A DNA stretch of 22,673 nt from a candidate division WOR-3 bacterium (GCA_037441285.1 JBBISL010000007.1:65926-88598), one strand, 5' to 3'. Positions 1 to 9,443 are shown, numbered from the stretch's first letter. Numbers and translations are program-made. The notes: generated from the sequence alone by a model not told the origin.

Positions 1-2199
1 GAACTCAACCGGCACACCGGTTTCCGCAAACACCTGAGCGGCGATTTCTTCAATCAAACGGCGCTGGCGGGCAAGCTCTTCGGCGTCACTGACCAGGGGA
101 ATCATAATTTCCGGATGAACCCGGCCGCCTTCGCTTTTTACCTGGCTCGCGGCTTCAAATATCGCCCGGGCTTGCATCGCAGTGATTTCCGGATGAATGA
201 TTCCCAGCCGGCAGCCACGAAAACCGAGCATCGGGTTTTGTTCTTCAAGAAGATGGATTTTTTCCTGAATTTTCTCAACCGCAATACCAAGACGGTCGGC
301 AAGCTGGGCGATACGCACCGGGTCTTTGGGCAGGAATTCGTGCAGCGGTGGGTCAAGGGTGCGAATCGTTACCGGAAACCCATCCATCACCCGGAAGATA
401 TGGACAAAGTCCGCGCGCTGCATTGGCAGGAGTCGGTCGAGTGCCTGTTTTCTGCCAGCAGCATCGGCGGCAAGAATCATCTCCTGCATCACCCCAACGC
501 GGTCCGGGGCAAAGAACATATGCTCGGTGCGACACAAGCCGATACCCTGCGCACCAAACTGTCTTGCCCGGGAGGCATCTTCGGGTGTGTCGGCATTTGC
601 CCGGACGCGCAGGCGACTCATTTTATCTGCCCAGGAGAGCAGGGTGTTGAACTGTTCCGAGAGCTGGGGCTGTTGCATCGGAACGGTGCCGATGATGACC
701 GCACCGGTTGAGCCGTCGATGGTGATGATATCACCTTCTTTCAATTCATGGGTGTTGATGCGGACGGTTCCCTTTTCATAGTCAATCTGGAGGGCACCGC
801 ACCCAACTACCGCCGGTTTACCCATACCCCGGGCAACAACTGCGGCGTGCGATGTGGTACCGCCGGCTGATGTGAGGATGCCTTCTGCCTTTGCCATTCC
901 CGCGACATCGTCGGCTGAAGTCTGGTGTCGGACGAGAATTACCTTTTTGCCCTGTTCGGCAAGTTCACGTGCCCGGGTGGCGCTTAATACGATTGCGCCG
1001 GCAGCGGCGCCGGGTGAAGCCGCGATACCTTTTGCCACCGCATCGTATTTAACACCAGGGGGTATGGTCTTGTGAAGAAGGGCACCCACCGTTTCCGGTT
1101 CGATACGGAGGATGGCATCCTGACGGCTGATAAGCCGTTCTTTGGCCATATCAACGGCAATTTTAACCGCTGCGGTTGGAGTGCGTTTGCCACTACGACA
1201 CTGGAGAATCCACAGTTTGCCCTTTTCCAGAGTCCATTCGACATCCATCATATCCTGGTAATGGCGTTCCAGCCGGTTAAGTAGTTTTGTTAGTTGTTGA
1301 TAGATTTTCGGCTGGGTTTGCGCAAGGGATGAAACGGGTAAGGGTGTGCGGATGCCGGCAACGATGTCTTCACCCTGGGCATTGGTGAGGTACTCTCCGT
1401 AAACCTTCTTTTCGCCGGTTGCCGGGTCCCGGGTAAAGGCAACACCGGTCGCCGAATCTTCACTGGCGTTGCCGAAGACCATTGCCTGAATGTTGACTGC
1501 GGTTCCCCAGTCGTCCGGTATGGAGTAAAGTTTGCGATACTCTTGGGCTCGAGGGTTGTTCCAGGATTCAAGCACGGCGATGATTGCGCGCCAGAGTTGC
1601 TCGTATGGGTCCTGAGGGAAGTCGGCACCGGTTGTCTGCCGGATGACCTCTTTAAAGCCGGTAATAACCCGGCTCAGGGTTTCTTCGTCCATTGGCAGCG
1701 GAGCGGTAGACTGTTCCTGGTGGACAATCGCTTCGAACTTTTCCCGGCTGGTTTTCAACACGACATCGCCAAACATTTCGAGTAACCGCCGGTAGGCGTC
1801 AAGGGCAAAGCGGCGATTTTTCGTTAGTCGGCTGAGTCCTTCGACCGTAGCATCATTGAGTCCCAAGTTCAGGACGGTGTCCATCATGCCGGGCATTGAA
1901 GCGCGGGCGCCCGAACGCACCGATAAGAGAAGCGGGTTTTCCGGGTCACCAAAACTTTTGCCCGTAGCCTTTTCGAGAAATTTAATTCCCTGCAACACCT
2001 GGGTTTTTAACCCCGGAGGCAGTCGGTGGTGCTTCATATAATAGACACACACCGGTGTGGCGATGGTGAAGCCGGGTGGTACCGGCATTCCCAATCGGGT
2101 CATTTCGGCAAGGTTGGCACCTTTGCCGCCCAATATGTCTTTCATCTTTGCCGTGCCATCGGCATGTCCGGGACCGAATCGATAAACAAGTTTTTTCAT
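1..2199 (-). CDS. ppdK: Pyruvate, phosphate dikinase; 3' end truncated by the window edge
   Basis: Manual translation from ATG at 2199 gives MKKLVYRFGPGHADGTAKMKDILGGKGANLAEMTRLGMPVPPGFTIAT. The phospho-His motif GGTTSHAAVVARGMG lies near 825-865 and HPEIMIPLV near the edge. It is absent from the ORF track because no stop falls inside the window. Confidence 0.98.
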   Translation of the reverse strand, partial: MKKLVYRFGPGHADGTAKMKDILGGKGANLAEMTRLGMPVPPGFTIATPVCVYYMKHHRLPPGLKTQVLQGIKFLEKATGKSFGDPENPLLLSVRSGARASMPGMMDTVLNLGLNDATVEGLSRLTKNRRFALDAYRRLLEMFGDVVLKTSREKFEAIVHQEQSTAPLPMDEETLSRVITGFKEVIRQTTGADFPQDPYEQLWRAIIAVLESWNNPRAQEYRKLYSIPDDWGTAVNIQAMVFGNASEDSATGVAFTRDPATGEKKVYGEYLTNAQGEDIVAGIRTPLPVSSLAQTQPKIYQQLTKLLNRLERHYQDMMDVEWTLEKGKLWILQCRSGKRTPTAAVKIAVDMAKERLISRQDAILRIEPETVGALLHKTIPPGVKYDAVAKGIAASPGAAAGAIVLSATRARELAEQGKKVILVRHQTSADDVAGMAKAEGILTSAGGTTSHAAVVARGMGKPAVVGCGALQIDYEKGTVRINTHELKEGDIITIDGSTGAVIIGTVPMQQPQLSEQFNTLLSWADKMSRLRVRANADTPEDASRARQFGAQGIGLCRTEHMFFAPDRVGVMQEMILAADAAGRKQALDRLLPMQRADFVHIFRVMDGFPVTIRTLDPPLHEFLPKDPVRIAQLADRLGIAVEKIQEKIHLLEEQNPMLGFRGCRLGIIHPEITAMQARAIFEAASQVKSEGGRVHPEIMIPLVSDAEELARQRRLIEEIAAQVFAETGVPVEF

Positions 2200-2218
2200 T
2201 TTCCGTTCTTCATAATGG

Positions 2219-2449
2219 TTATCGCCCGCGCCAGAAAATGAGATTTAGGAGCAATGTAAGGATGAGGGAGATGAGAATTCCGGAGGCGAGCGGGATGTAA
2301 ACGGTCAAATTGGGACGCTGGATTACAATGTCTCCGGGTAAACGGGCGATGCCAATTCGACCGAAAAGTATTAGGGCACCGCCGATGATGATGAACAAAG
2401 CGCCGATCAACAGAAGTAATCTGCCGAGGAGTTGAAGGTTAATCATCAT
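2219..2449 (-). CDS. Small membrane protein, DUF2905 family
   Basis: Two hydrophobic helices flank RLPGDIVIQRPNLTVYIPLASGILIS, the typical DUF2905 signature. Start placed at ATG 2449 (or 2446), overlapping the end of the upstream gene. Confidence 0.85.
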   Translation of the reverse strand: MMINLQLLGRLLLLIGALFIIIGGALILFGRIGIARLPGDIVIQRPNLTVYIPLASGILISLILTLLLNLIFWRGR

Positions 2450-2708
2450 TCGAGGTCTCAGGAGGGGTGTTTGATTCGGGATGTCCACCCGCAGCGAGAA
2501 AACCTTCGATGAGGTCTTTTGCCAGTGCCGAATCTTCTTCTCGGACCAGAACTTCGCCCCAGGCGGGTCGCATCACCTGAGCGATGCCGTCGTAAGCCGG
2601 AATCTGGAAGGAGTGAATCATCGCGGGAATCCCATTGTTTTCCAAAAGGTCTTTAATGGTATTCGCCATAAACTCATTTTCCGCACGGTAAATCGCAATT
2701 AAAGCCAT
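2439..2708 (-). CDS. DUF2007 family putative signal-transducing protein
   Basis: 89 aa with the pattern IYRAENEFMANTIKDLLENNGIPAMI...GEVLVREEDSALAKDLI, typical of DUF2007. Confidence 0.8.
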   Translation of the reverse strand: MALIAIYRAENEFMANTIKDLLENNGIPAMIHSFQIPAYDGIAQVMRPAWGEVLVREEDSALAKDLIEGFLAAGGHPESNTPPETSNDD

Positions 2709-2718
2709 AGAAAAATAT

Positions 2719-2746
2719 ATTATAACAAACTCTGGTTTGTATTCAA
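2719..2746 (-). promoter_or_regulatory. Sigma70-type promoter for DUF2007-DUF2905-ppdK
   Basis: Minus strand TTGAAT-16 nt-TATAAT with TG extended -10 (TGtTATAAT), 10 nt before the ATG at 2708. Confidence 0.75.
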
Positions 2747-2821
2747 TTTATTAGACTACGAGTTTGAGGCATCAGTTGCTAAAAATAAATTAGTTATATG
2801 CGGTGAATTGGATTGAAATCG

Positions 2822-2851
2822 AAAAAAGAGGGGCGGTCTTCCGCCCCTCTT
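2822..2851 (-). terminator. Intrinsic terminator after the OmpA-domain gene
   Basis: Minus strand AAGAGGGGCGG-AAGA-CCGCCCCTCTTTTTT, just downstream of the stop at 2869. Confidence 0.85.
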
Positions 2852-2868
2852 CTAACTGATAGGAGGTG

Positions 2869-4833
2869 TTATTTATTTTCGATTTCGCCGATCACCACAA
2901 ACTCAACACGGCGGTTAAGGGCACGGCCCTCAGGCGTGTCGTTTGAAGCCTTGGGCATACTTTCGCCATAACCGCGGGCAATGAGTCGAGAAGCATCAAC
3001 GCCCATCTGTTGAACAAGGTAGTTTACCACCGCCCAGGCACGCTGTTCGGAAAGTTTCTGGTTGTATTCGTCCGAGCCAATGTTGTCGGTGTGACCCTGG
3101 ATTTCTACTTTGATGGTCGGGTTGTCTTTAAGAATCTGATAGGCAGCCTGCAATGCTTCCTGGGATTCGGGGAATTTAAGGGTCGCTTTGTTGAAGTCAA
3201 AGTAAACACCTTTCAGAGTTACGGTTGTCCCGACCTTGACCAGGGCGAAGTCGTGTTTTGCCGGTTTGCCTTCTTCAACTACTAATGCCGCTGACTGGTC
3301 GATGTAGCCCTCCGAATGGACAACAACCGCATAAGGTCCGGCGGGCAGTTCGGTGGAGTAGACACCGGTACTCGGGTCATTGTCAACCTCGGTGAAGACC
3401 GTGCCATCGCTGGCGTTCTTGAAAGTAACCTTTGCGGGCAGTGGTTTGTTCGTGCCCCGGTCGGTTACGACGCCAGTGACGATAGATTTTACCGCGAGTG
3501 GAGTGAGGATGAACGGTTGGTTCGTTACCCGGTTTTCTTCAATCTTTACCGTCGCGGTGGCAGGGAAGTAGCCATCGGCTTTAGCGGTAAGAGTATAGGT
3601 ACCGACCGGGATGTTGTCTTTACGAAAGGCGCCGGTCGTGGGCTCAACGGTAATTGTACCGAGCTCGGCTTCGGAGAATGTGATGGTCGCGGATAATGGC
3701 TTACCAGTGCGAGCGTCGGTAACGGTGCCGGCGAGGATGCCGTAGGTAACAAGGGGATGGAGTTCAAACTGGATGGGACCGGCTGGTTTGGTTTCGATGT
3801 TGACAAATGTTTCGAGGGGCCGATAACCTTCCGCTGTCACCCTGACCTTGAGAACCCCGACCGGCAGTTTTTTCAGGGAAACAAGTCCTGAGGAATCGGC
3901 AACAAGGGGCTTTAATTTTGGATTGTCCGGGAATTCAACGGTTGCGGCGAGCGGGTTCTGGGTTGAGGCGTCAATAACCCGGGCGTTGAGCATTCCGTAA
4001 ACAACCGGCGCTTTGCGGAAGAAGGGGGTGGCGATGTTCATTCCGAAAATCACCTCGTTGGGAATACCCTCACTCAAACTGAAGGTGTAGTCCAGTGATA
4101 AGGCAAAGCCGCGCGGTGAGCCAAAGGTGACGCCGGGTGTCAGACGCACGATGCCATTGTCGGTGTCAAAGATACCGGTGGAGTTTTCGGGCTGGCGGGA
4201 GGTGAGTTCGGCAAACACCGCCAGACCTTCGGCTGCCAGTTCGATGCCGGTGCCGTAATTTGTCCCGGAGCCGGATTTGCCATAGTTGAAAATCAGATTC
4301 GGTGCGGCGGGAACGAGGTCCTGGAAGCGAAGTGTTGCCAGTCCTGCCCAGGACAAGGTGTCGTAAGGGACGGCTAAAGGGTCAATCCAGTTGTAAGGTG
4401 ATTCTGGTTGGGACCGAAACTTGAAGGTGTAGGATGCGGTGCCGCCCAGTTTTAAGACCGGCAAATACGGGATTGACAGTTTTGCGCCGGCTTTGAGGTC
4501 GTGGAGTCCAATGCCATAGGATTTTTCCCCGATTTTAGCGTACTGGAAAATCCCGCCCCAGGTGGCAAAGATTTCGGCACCGACATAACGGGTCGAGATT
4601 GGGGTGTAGTGAAGTGTTGGGGCGATAAGGTCGGCAATGTAACCTTTGTTAGACTGTTCGCCATCGAGATAGGATGGGTTCCGGCCCAGGATATGAAGGG
4701 CGATGTTTAAGCCCGCTTCTTCGGTCTGGGCATCCTGAACCCGGAACAGCCCTTTGCCACCACCGATTTTGGTGTAGCCAAAAACTGTGGTTATAAGGCA
4801 GGCGGTTATCAAGATAGTACTGAAAAGTTTCAT
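2869..4833 (-). CDS. OmpA-family outer membrane protein: N-terminal putative beta-barrel, three carboxypeptidase-regulatory-like repeats, C-terminal peptidoglycan-binding OmpA domain
   Basis: Start at ATG 4833 (MKLFSTILITACL signal peptide) after GGAGG. C-terminal motifs VYFDFNKATL, IQGHTDNIGSDEYNQKLSEQRA and RALNRRVEF. Three repeats of the type GTVTDARTGKPL...Y.LTAKADGY. Confidence 0.92.
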   Translation of the reverse strand: MKLFSTILITACLITTVFGYTKIGGGKGLFRVQDAQTEEAGLNIALHILGRNPSYLDGEQSNKGYIADLIAPTLHYTPISTRYVGAEIFATWGGIFQYAKIGEKSYGIGLHDLKAGAKLSIPYLPVLKLGGTASYTFKFRSQPESPYNWIDPLAVPYDTLSWAGLATLRFQDLVPAAPNLIFNYGKSGSGTNYGTGIELAAEGLAVFAELTSRQPENSTGIFDTDNGIVRLTPGVTFGSPRGFALSLDYTFSLSEGIPNEVIFGMNIATPFFRKAPVVYGMLNARVIDASTQNPLAATVEFPDNPKLKPLVADSSGLVSLKKLPVGVLKVRVTAEGYRPLETFVNIETKPAGPIQFELHPLVTYGILAGTVTDARTGKPLSATITFSEAELGTITVEPTTGAFRKDNIPVGTYTLTAKADGYFPATATVKIEENRVTNQPFILTPLAVKSIVTGVVTDRGTNKPLPAKVTFKNASDGTVFTEVDNDPSTGVYSTELPAGPYAVVVHSEGYIDQSAALVVEEGKPAKHDFALVKVGTTVTLKGVYFDFNKATLKFPESQEALQAAYQILKDNPTIKVEIQGHTDNIGSDEYNQKLSEQRAWAVVNYLVQQMGVDASRLIARGYGESMPKASNDTPEGRALNRRVEFVVIGEIENK

Positions 4834-4853
4834 CTTTGACCTCCCTTTGTAAC

Positions 4854-4890
4854 AAGCGGCACAGGTTTGTTTTTCTCTCCTGTGCCGCCT
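4854..4890 (-). other. Intercistronic stem-loop (weak terminator or mRNA-stabilising hairpin)
   Basis: Perfect 10-bp stem GCGGCACAGG/CCTGTGCCGC with a 13-nt loop, between the lipoprotein stop and the RBS of the OmpA gene. Confidence 0.6.
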
Positions 4891-4906
4891 GAATCTATAA
4901 TAATCC

Positions 4907-5482
4907 TTACTGCCCGATACGGGTCGGGTCGTCGTAAAAGTCTGAGACCGAAACCTCCAATTTGTTGGTGGCTTCAATCGGTTTCCCCGATGCGTCGTCA
5001 TAGCCCGAGAACTTGACCGTTGCTTCGAGGACAAGGTAGTCGTAGCCACTTAGATACTCTTCTTTATACCAGGCAGAGAAAAGTTCAAATTCGCCGGTGA
5101 CGGTTTTTTTGCCGGTTGGGTCGGACTGGACCACGATGTTGCAGGGGACAACGATTTGAGGCAACGGTTCAGCTAATTCGTCGCCACCAGTGCGCTTAAA
5201 GGTGATGGTCGCCTTTTCAATGTGAGCCTGATAAGGGGTCCAGGTTGGTAGCCCGGGTCCAATTTCGACATACTGGAATTCAGCCTTGACTTTATCAATT
5301 GGAACTACTTCAACTTCTTCTGGTTCACCGGTTTCCGGGTCGTGTTCAATTCCATAGTCTACCAGGTCGGCGTAATAGGGTGTTTGAATAGATACAACCC
5401 GCAAGGCGTTCTCCCGCTGACAGGAGACCATTGTAAACATTGCGGCACAGACGAGTAAAAGGACAAAAAGGTTTCGACGCAA
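4907..5482 (-). CDS. Hypothetical lipoprotein
   Basis: TTG start after AAAAGGAGG, a signal peptide ending MVS-C, and an acidic beta-rich mature part. No family recognised. Confidence 0.8.
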   Translation of the reverse strand: MRRNLFVLLLVCAAMFTMVSCQRENALRVVSIQTPYYADLVDYGIEHDPETGEPEEVEVVPIDKVKAEFQYVEIGPGLPTWTPYQAHIEKATITFKRTGGDELAEPLPQIVVPCNIVVQSDPTGKKTVTGEFELFSAWYKEEYLSGYDYLVLEATVKFSGYDDASGKPIEATNKLEVSVSDFYDDPTRIGQ

Positions 5483-5508
5483 AGCAGTCCTCCTTTTTAA
5501 TTTGTAAC

Positions 5509-5536
5509 ATTTTATAATTTCCTAGCCTGTTGTCAA
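5509..5536 (-). promoter_or_regulatory. Sigma70-type promoter for the lipoprotein-OmpA pair
   Basis: Minus strand TTGACA-16 nt-TAAAAT. Confidence 0.75.
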
Positions 5537-5557
5537 GCATTATCTTGATGGCACTTT

Positions 5558-8500
5558 TTAACGGTGAATGATGAATTTGTCACGAAATGATGCCGAGCGG
5601 TGCTGCAACTGGTCACCGGTGAGAATTTCGCCGGTTTGGGCGTCAATTTTGTAGAGGTAGATGCCGTTGGCAAGTGGGGTGCCGTCGCGGTCGCAGCCAT
5701 CCCAATCAAGCTGATTGTAGCCAAAACCGCACTCCTGGGGACCGATGATACGCACCAGGCGGCCCGAAATGGTGAAAATTTTTACCGTGACCCGAGCCGG
5801 ACGCGTAAGAGTAAAGGTAAATCGTGCCCGGTCTTTTACGGGATTGGGAAAAACAAGGCAGGTGTCGATGCGGAGTTGTTCCCGCAGGTCAGTTTTGAGG
5901 CAGTAAGTGCCAATACGACGGTTGAGGAGGTTGTCGGCGACCAGGACAATCAGAGAGTCAAATGTTTGCTCCAGTGTTAAGGGATAAGAAAACCTGCCGG
6001 TGGTGGCGGAGTTGTCTTCGTAGGTGAAGCGGTCGGTCAACAGGATTTGTTTAGCCGGGTCGCTCAGATAGAATTTCAAACCATAAGCAGGGTCGGGTAA
6101 AAGCAGAACCCCGGATGGGTCAGTAACAGTGCCGTGCAGGGTAAACCGTTTTGGAACCCAGGTTGTGTCTTTAAACCGGAGCAGGACATTGTCAGCGCGG
6201 AGGGTGATTTCTGGTGGCAGGCTGTCGGCTGTTGGTACCGGGTTCGGGCTGAGGTACATCGGTGCGGAGAGTAAGGTTCTGGCGTCGGACCCGTGCCAGA
6301 TGATTGCGGAGATTAAACAGGTTTCGCGTTTGCGGACATATCTGCCATTACCGACAACCACGGTGTCCGGATAGTCGGTTTTGGGGACGATGAAGGTTCC
6401 GGAAAAGGTGCTGTTCTGGAATCTGCCGGTGCCGCGGAAGATTTCCTGTCCGGGAAGGACATAGGTGATGTTCGCCGCATCCGAGAAGTAGTACCGCTCG
6501 CGGGCCGCTTCGGTTGCTCTGATTTCATAATAGCCCTGGTTTAAAACCGGCGTGATTTCCCACTGAACCCGGCCACCAGGGTAAAAGGTATCCGGGTTTG
6601 CGGTCGGGCTATTGCCAATCTGGGGGAGTCGCAGTTTTGTTGCCGGGTCGCCAAACAGAATGTAGAGGTTACTCTGGAACCAGGCTTCATAGAATGCCGG
6701 ACCAATCGGCTCTTCGGGATGGGCAAGGAGATGGGTAAAAAGTTTGTGGGCAAAGTTTTCATTGGAGCCCGAGTAGGTCGCTTTTGAGGCGCCGATAGTG
6801 GCGATGCATCCTTCGGCGCTGCGCACCAGTTCTTCGGCAATCGCCTCATATTTGGTGTCGTCATAGCGGCCCACGCCGCAGGAGCCAAAAAAGGCAAGGG
6901 GGTTACGGCTGCCGTTGTGGACCAGCGGTATGTCTTCAATATTGAACGCCCGTTCGTGACACAACTGGAAACCGGCGCCGTGCCCAAAGAAACACCAGAG
7001 AAGGGCACCGAGGTTTAACTGGCGCAAAAGTTCGGCTTCGGCTTTGGGCTTTGATTTGATTGCTTCCAGAGGGTATTCGGTAAGATATACTTTGACAAGG
7101 TCAAGCTGGGTGCCGGCAAGCGGGGCGATGCGTTCGCAGCCTTCGATGTGAATGGTACTCTCCCTTTTTGTGGGGTCGCCAAGGTACTCGTCATCGGCGA
7201 GGAGGAGGAGCCGTTTTGCCCAGAGCCCGAGTTCCTGGGTTTCATATCTTTTTACTTTATCCAGAAACTGACGCAGTTCCTGAGGGGTGCGGCAGGTAAC
7301 CCGGGCGAGAATCATATCCGGGCTGGAGCCAGTGCCATCAAAGTCGGCAAACCAGGCATCAAGGGCTTTGACATAGGGGTTGTAGACTTCGTAGTCAAGG
7401 TCAAAACCGATTTCGTATGCGGGCACACCGGGATGTTTCCCCAGCCCAAGGTTGTCTTTGTAGTCATAGGTGGCATCACCGGCAAGGAGTCCGTAGGCAG
7501 GCTGTTTTGTCGCGAGGAAGGTTTTAATCGCACCGGGCTCTTCCATGCCGAAGGCATAGTCGTCGTAGATTTGACTCAACGGGACCGCCTTGGCGCTTGC
7601 CCCAGTGATACCCGAAATGTTGTTTTCGCGATAACGAGCAAATTGCCGGGCAACTGGTAGAAACTCATCCGGGCAGATGATGTAGTAGTCGGCTTTCTCC
7701 TGCGGATTTCGCAGCGTGCCGGGTTGGCGTTTCTTAACCGAGACCGGTGCGCGCAGTCCGGCAGCGGTGGTGCCGAAGAAGTTTCCCGAGCCGTTCCACT
7801 GGAAACGGGCTTGATTTTCCGCTAAGGCTAACGAAATGCGCTGGGGTTGGAACGGATTTGTGACATCGAGGATAATAAAATCTTCACCGACACCGCTGAT
7901 GGAGAAGGCGCCGCCGCTGCGGGTGTAAAATTCGAGGCTGGATTGATTGCGGGCGATCGTCAGGTTTTGGGTGTAGTCCGCCTCGATGTAGTCGAGATAA
8001 ACATCAGCCGTGCCCAGGAGCGTTACCGTGAGGGTGTCTTTCTTATTTCCCGGAGCGGCAGCAGCGAGCGGCAGATTTTCAAACACGAACACATTTGCCG
8101 GGCAGTTCTGGTTAGTGGCGGCAATTGCCACTGTGTCAAGAAGCGTGCCGTTAAGATACAGCGCTGCATGATAGGTTTCAGATGTTTTATCGGTCCAGGC
8201 GTAAAAACGGACGGTAAGTTTGTTTATGGTGTCGCGGTTGGGCAGATTGAGTTCGCGGTAGAAGGTTGCGCTCGGGGCACCGGAGTTGGAGTAGCGTTCC
8301 CAGACCCAGAGTAGTCCGGAGCGAGCCGGACAGAGTCTGTCTTCTTCAAGACGGAGCCGGTTCGGGGCACGGGTTTGCGGGTTTGCGGGGTTTCCGCCTG
8401 GAACCTGAGCCATCCTTTTTCCGTTGCCCGAGCCCCAGGTGAGCCAGAACACCCGATAACGGGTGTAGTAGTTGGTTTGCCATTCCGTCAATGAGTCGTT

Positions 8501-9406
8501 CCAATAGGATGGCGCCCGGGCATAGAACAGGATTTGGTCCTGAGGGTCAAATTTTCCATCTTCAGCACCCGAAACATCGGTGGCAACCTCAATCATCGTA
8601 TCCGGATAAGGACCATTCGGGGGATAGGGACTGATGGTGTAAAGCCGGAAGGTGCGCGGGTCGATTGTTACCGGGTCAAAGCCGGCGTTTTTCAAATCGT
8701 TGGGGGTGATTTTATAAATGCCGGTGGTCTCGGTTTTCACCTGGCACCAGACCGGAAACCGGTTGAAGAAGTTGAAAGAGTCTTTTTCTGGCCCGGATGT
8801 TTTCCAGTGGATTGCGGTTTTGCCGTTAAGGAGTAACCGGGTTAGCACCGAATCGAGGGGGTCGGGCTTGAGATTTTCCCGACCGGGACGGCTGAAGTTG
8901 AGGACACAGTTCACTTGACGGTGAATTAATGCCCTTTTCCGGACCGGGTTGTATTGAATCGGATTCAGTTTGATGCGGGCGACTCTGATGTTGCGGATTG
9001 TCTCAATGCTCAACAGTTCTGCCCGGGTGCTGGGCCAGAACTCATCTTTTTCATACATTGCGCCCGGTGCGACCGGTTGTTCGCTCAATGCCCGGGCTGG
9101 CGCAATTTCCAGTCCGGTCTTCTCTTCGGTTTCCGAAACCGAGACCTGAAGCTGGACGGTTCCTTCCTGAGGCACGCCGATTAACACGATTTTGCCCGGC
9201 AGGTCGGGTTCACCGGGCAGGGCGATATGTTCTCCATCGGGCAAATCTATTCCGGTTCTCTCAGCGCTGATGTCAAGGGAGTCAATCCGGAACTCAAACT
9301 GGACTTGGGTTGGGGTTTCCGAGATTAAGCGGGTGGCGCTGGCACCGAAGGTTAAGAGCGGGAACAAAGATAAAAAAATGTTAAGGGCGGGTGCCGGTTT
9401 TTTCAT
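5558..9406 (-). CDS. Peptidase C25 (gingipain clan) protein, PorU/sortase-like, with N-terminal C25 propeptide and C-terminal FlgD-Ig/T9SS-type domain
   Basis: Signal peptide, then propeptide motifs GEPDLP and LNPIQYNP, a PorU-like WCQVKTETTGIYKIT, and LLAGDATYD. Catalytic dyad motifs FFGHG and FGSC. C-terminal FPNPV...IFTISGRLVR...WDGCDRDG...NGIYLYKI. Confidence 0.88.
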   Translation of the reverse strand: MKKPAPALNIFLSLFPLLTFGASATRLISETPTQVQFEFRIDSLDISAERTGIDLPDGEHIALPGEPDLPGKIVLIGVPQEGTVQLQVSVSETEEKTGLEIAPARALSEQPVAPGAMYEKDEFWPSTRAELLSIETIRNIRVARIKLNPIQYNPVRKRALIHRQVNCVLNFSRPGRENLKPDPLDSVLTRLLLNGKTAIHWKTSGPEKDSFNFFNRFPVWCQVKTETTGIYKITPNDLKNAGFDPVTIDPRTFRLYTISPYPPNGPYPDTMIEVATDVSGAEDGKFDPQDQILFYARAPSYWNDSLTEWQTNYYTRYRVFWLTWGSGNGKRMAQVPGGNPANPQTRAPNRLRLEEDRLCPARSGLLWVWERYSNSGAPSATFYRELNLPNRDTINKLTVRFYAWTDKTSETYHAALYLNGTLLDTVAIAATNQNCPANVFVFENLPLAAAAPGNKKDTLTVTLLGTADVYLDYIEADYTQNLTIARNQSSLEFYTRSGGAFSISGVGEDFIILDVTNPFQPQRISLALAENQARFQWNGSGNFFGTTAAGLRAPVSVKKRQPGTLRNPQEKADYYIICPDEFLPVARQFARYRENNISGITGASAKAVPLSQIYDDYAFGMEEPGAIKTFLATKQPAYGLLAGDATYDYKDNLGLGKHPGVPAYEIGFDLDYEVYNPYVKALDAWFADFDGTGSSPDMILARVTCRTPQELRQFLDKVKRYETQELGLWAKRLLLLADDEYLGDPTKRESTIHIEGCERIAPLAGTQLDLVKVYLTEYPLEAIKSKPKAEAELLRQLNLGALLWCFFGHGAGFQLCHERAFNIEDIPLVHNGSRNPLAFFGSCGVGRYDDTKYEAIAEELVRSAEGCIATIGASKATYSGSNENFAHKLFTHLLAHPEEPIGPAFYEAWFQSNLYILFGDPATKLRLPQIGNSPTANPDTFYPGGRVQWEITPVLNQGYYEIRATEAARERYYFSDAANITYVLPGQEIFRGTGRFQNSTFSGTFIVPKTDYPDTVVVGNGRYVRKRETCLISAIIWHGSDARTLLSAPMYLSPNPVPTADSLPPEITLRADNVLLRFKDTTWVPKRFTLHGTVTDPSGVLLLPDPAYGLKFYLSDPAKQILLTDRFTYEDNSATTGRFSYPLTLEQTFDSLIVLVADNLLNRRIGTYCLKTDLREQLRIDTCLVFPNPVKDRARFTFTLTRPARVTVKIFTISGRLVRIIGPQECGFGYNQLDWDGCDRDGTPLANGIYLYKIDAQTGEILTGDQLQHRSASFRDKFIIHR

Positions 9407-9415
9407 AACTAAAAA

Positions 9416-9443
9416 ATTCTAATAGGTAAATGTTAGCGGTCAA
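9416..9443 (-). promoter_or_regulatory. Sigma70-type promoter for the C25 peptidase gene
   Basis: Minus strand TTGACC-16 nt-TAGAAT, 9 nt before the ATG. The -35 box overlaps the TGA stop of chrA. Confidence 0.7.

Noticed and set aside
115..2300. Many ORF-track ORFs of 60-198 aa
   Set aside because: They are antisense or alternate-frame shadows of ppdK.
4834..5049. N-terminal extension of the OmpA ORF to 5049
   Set aside because: It overlaps the lipoprotein gene, and the RBS and signal peptide point to ATG 4833.
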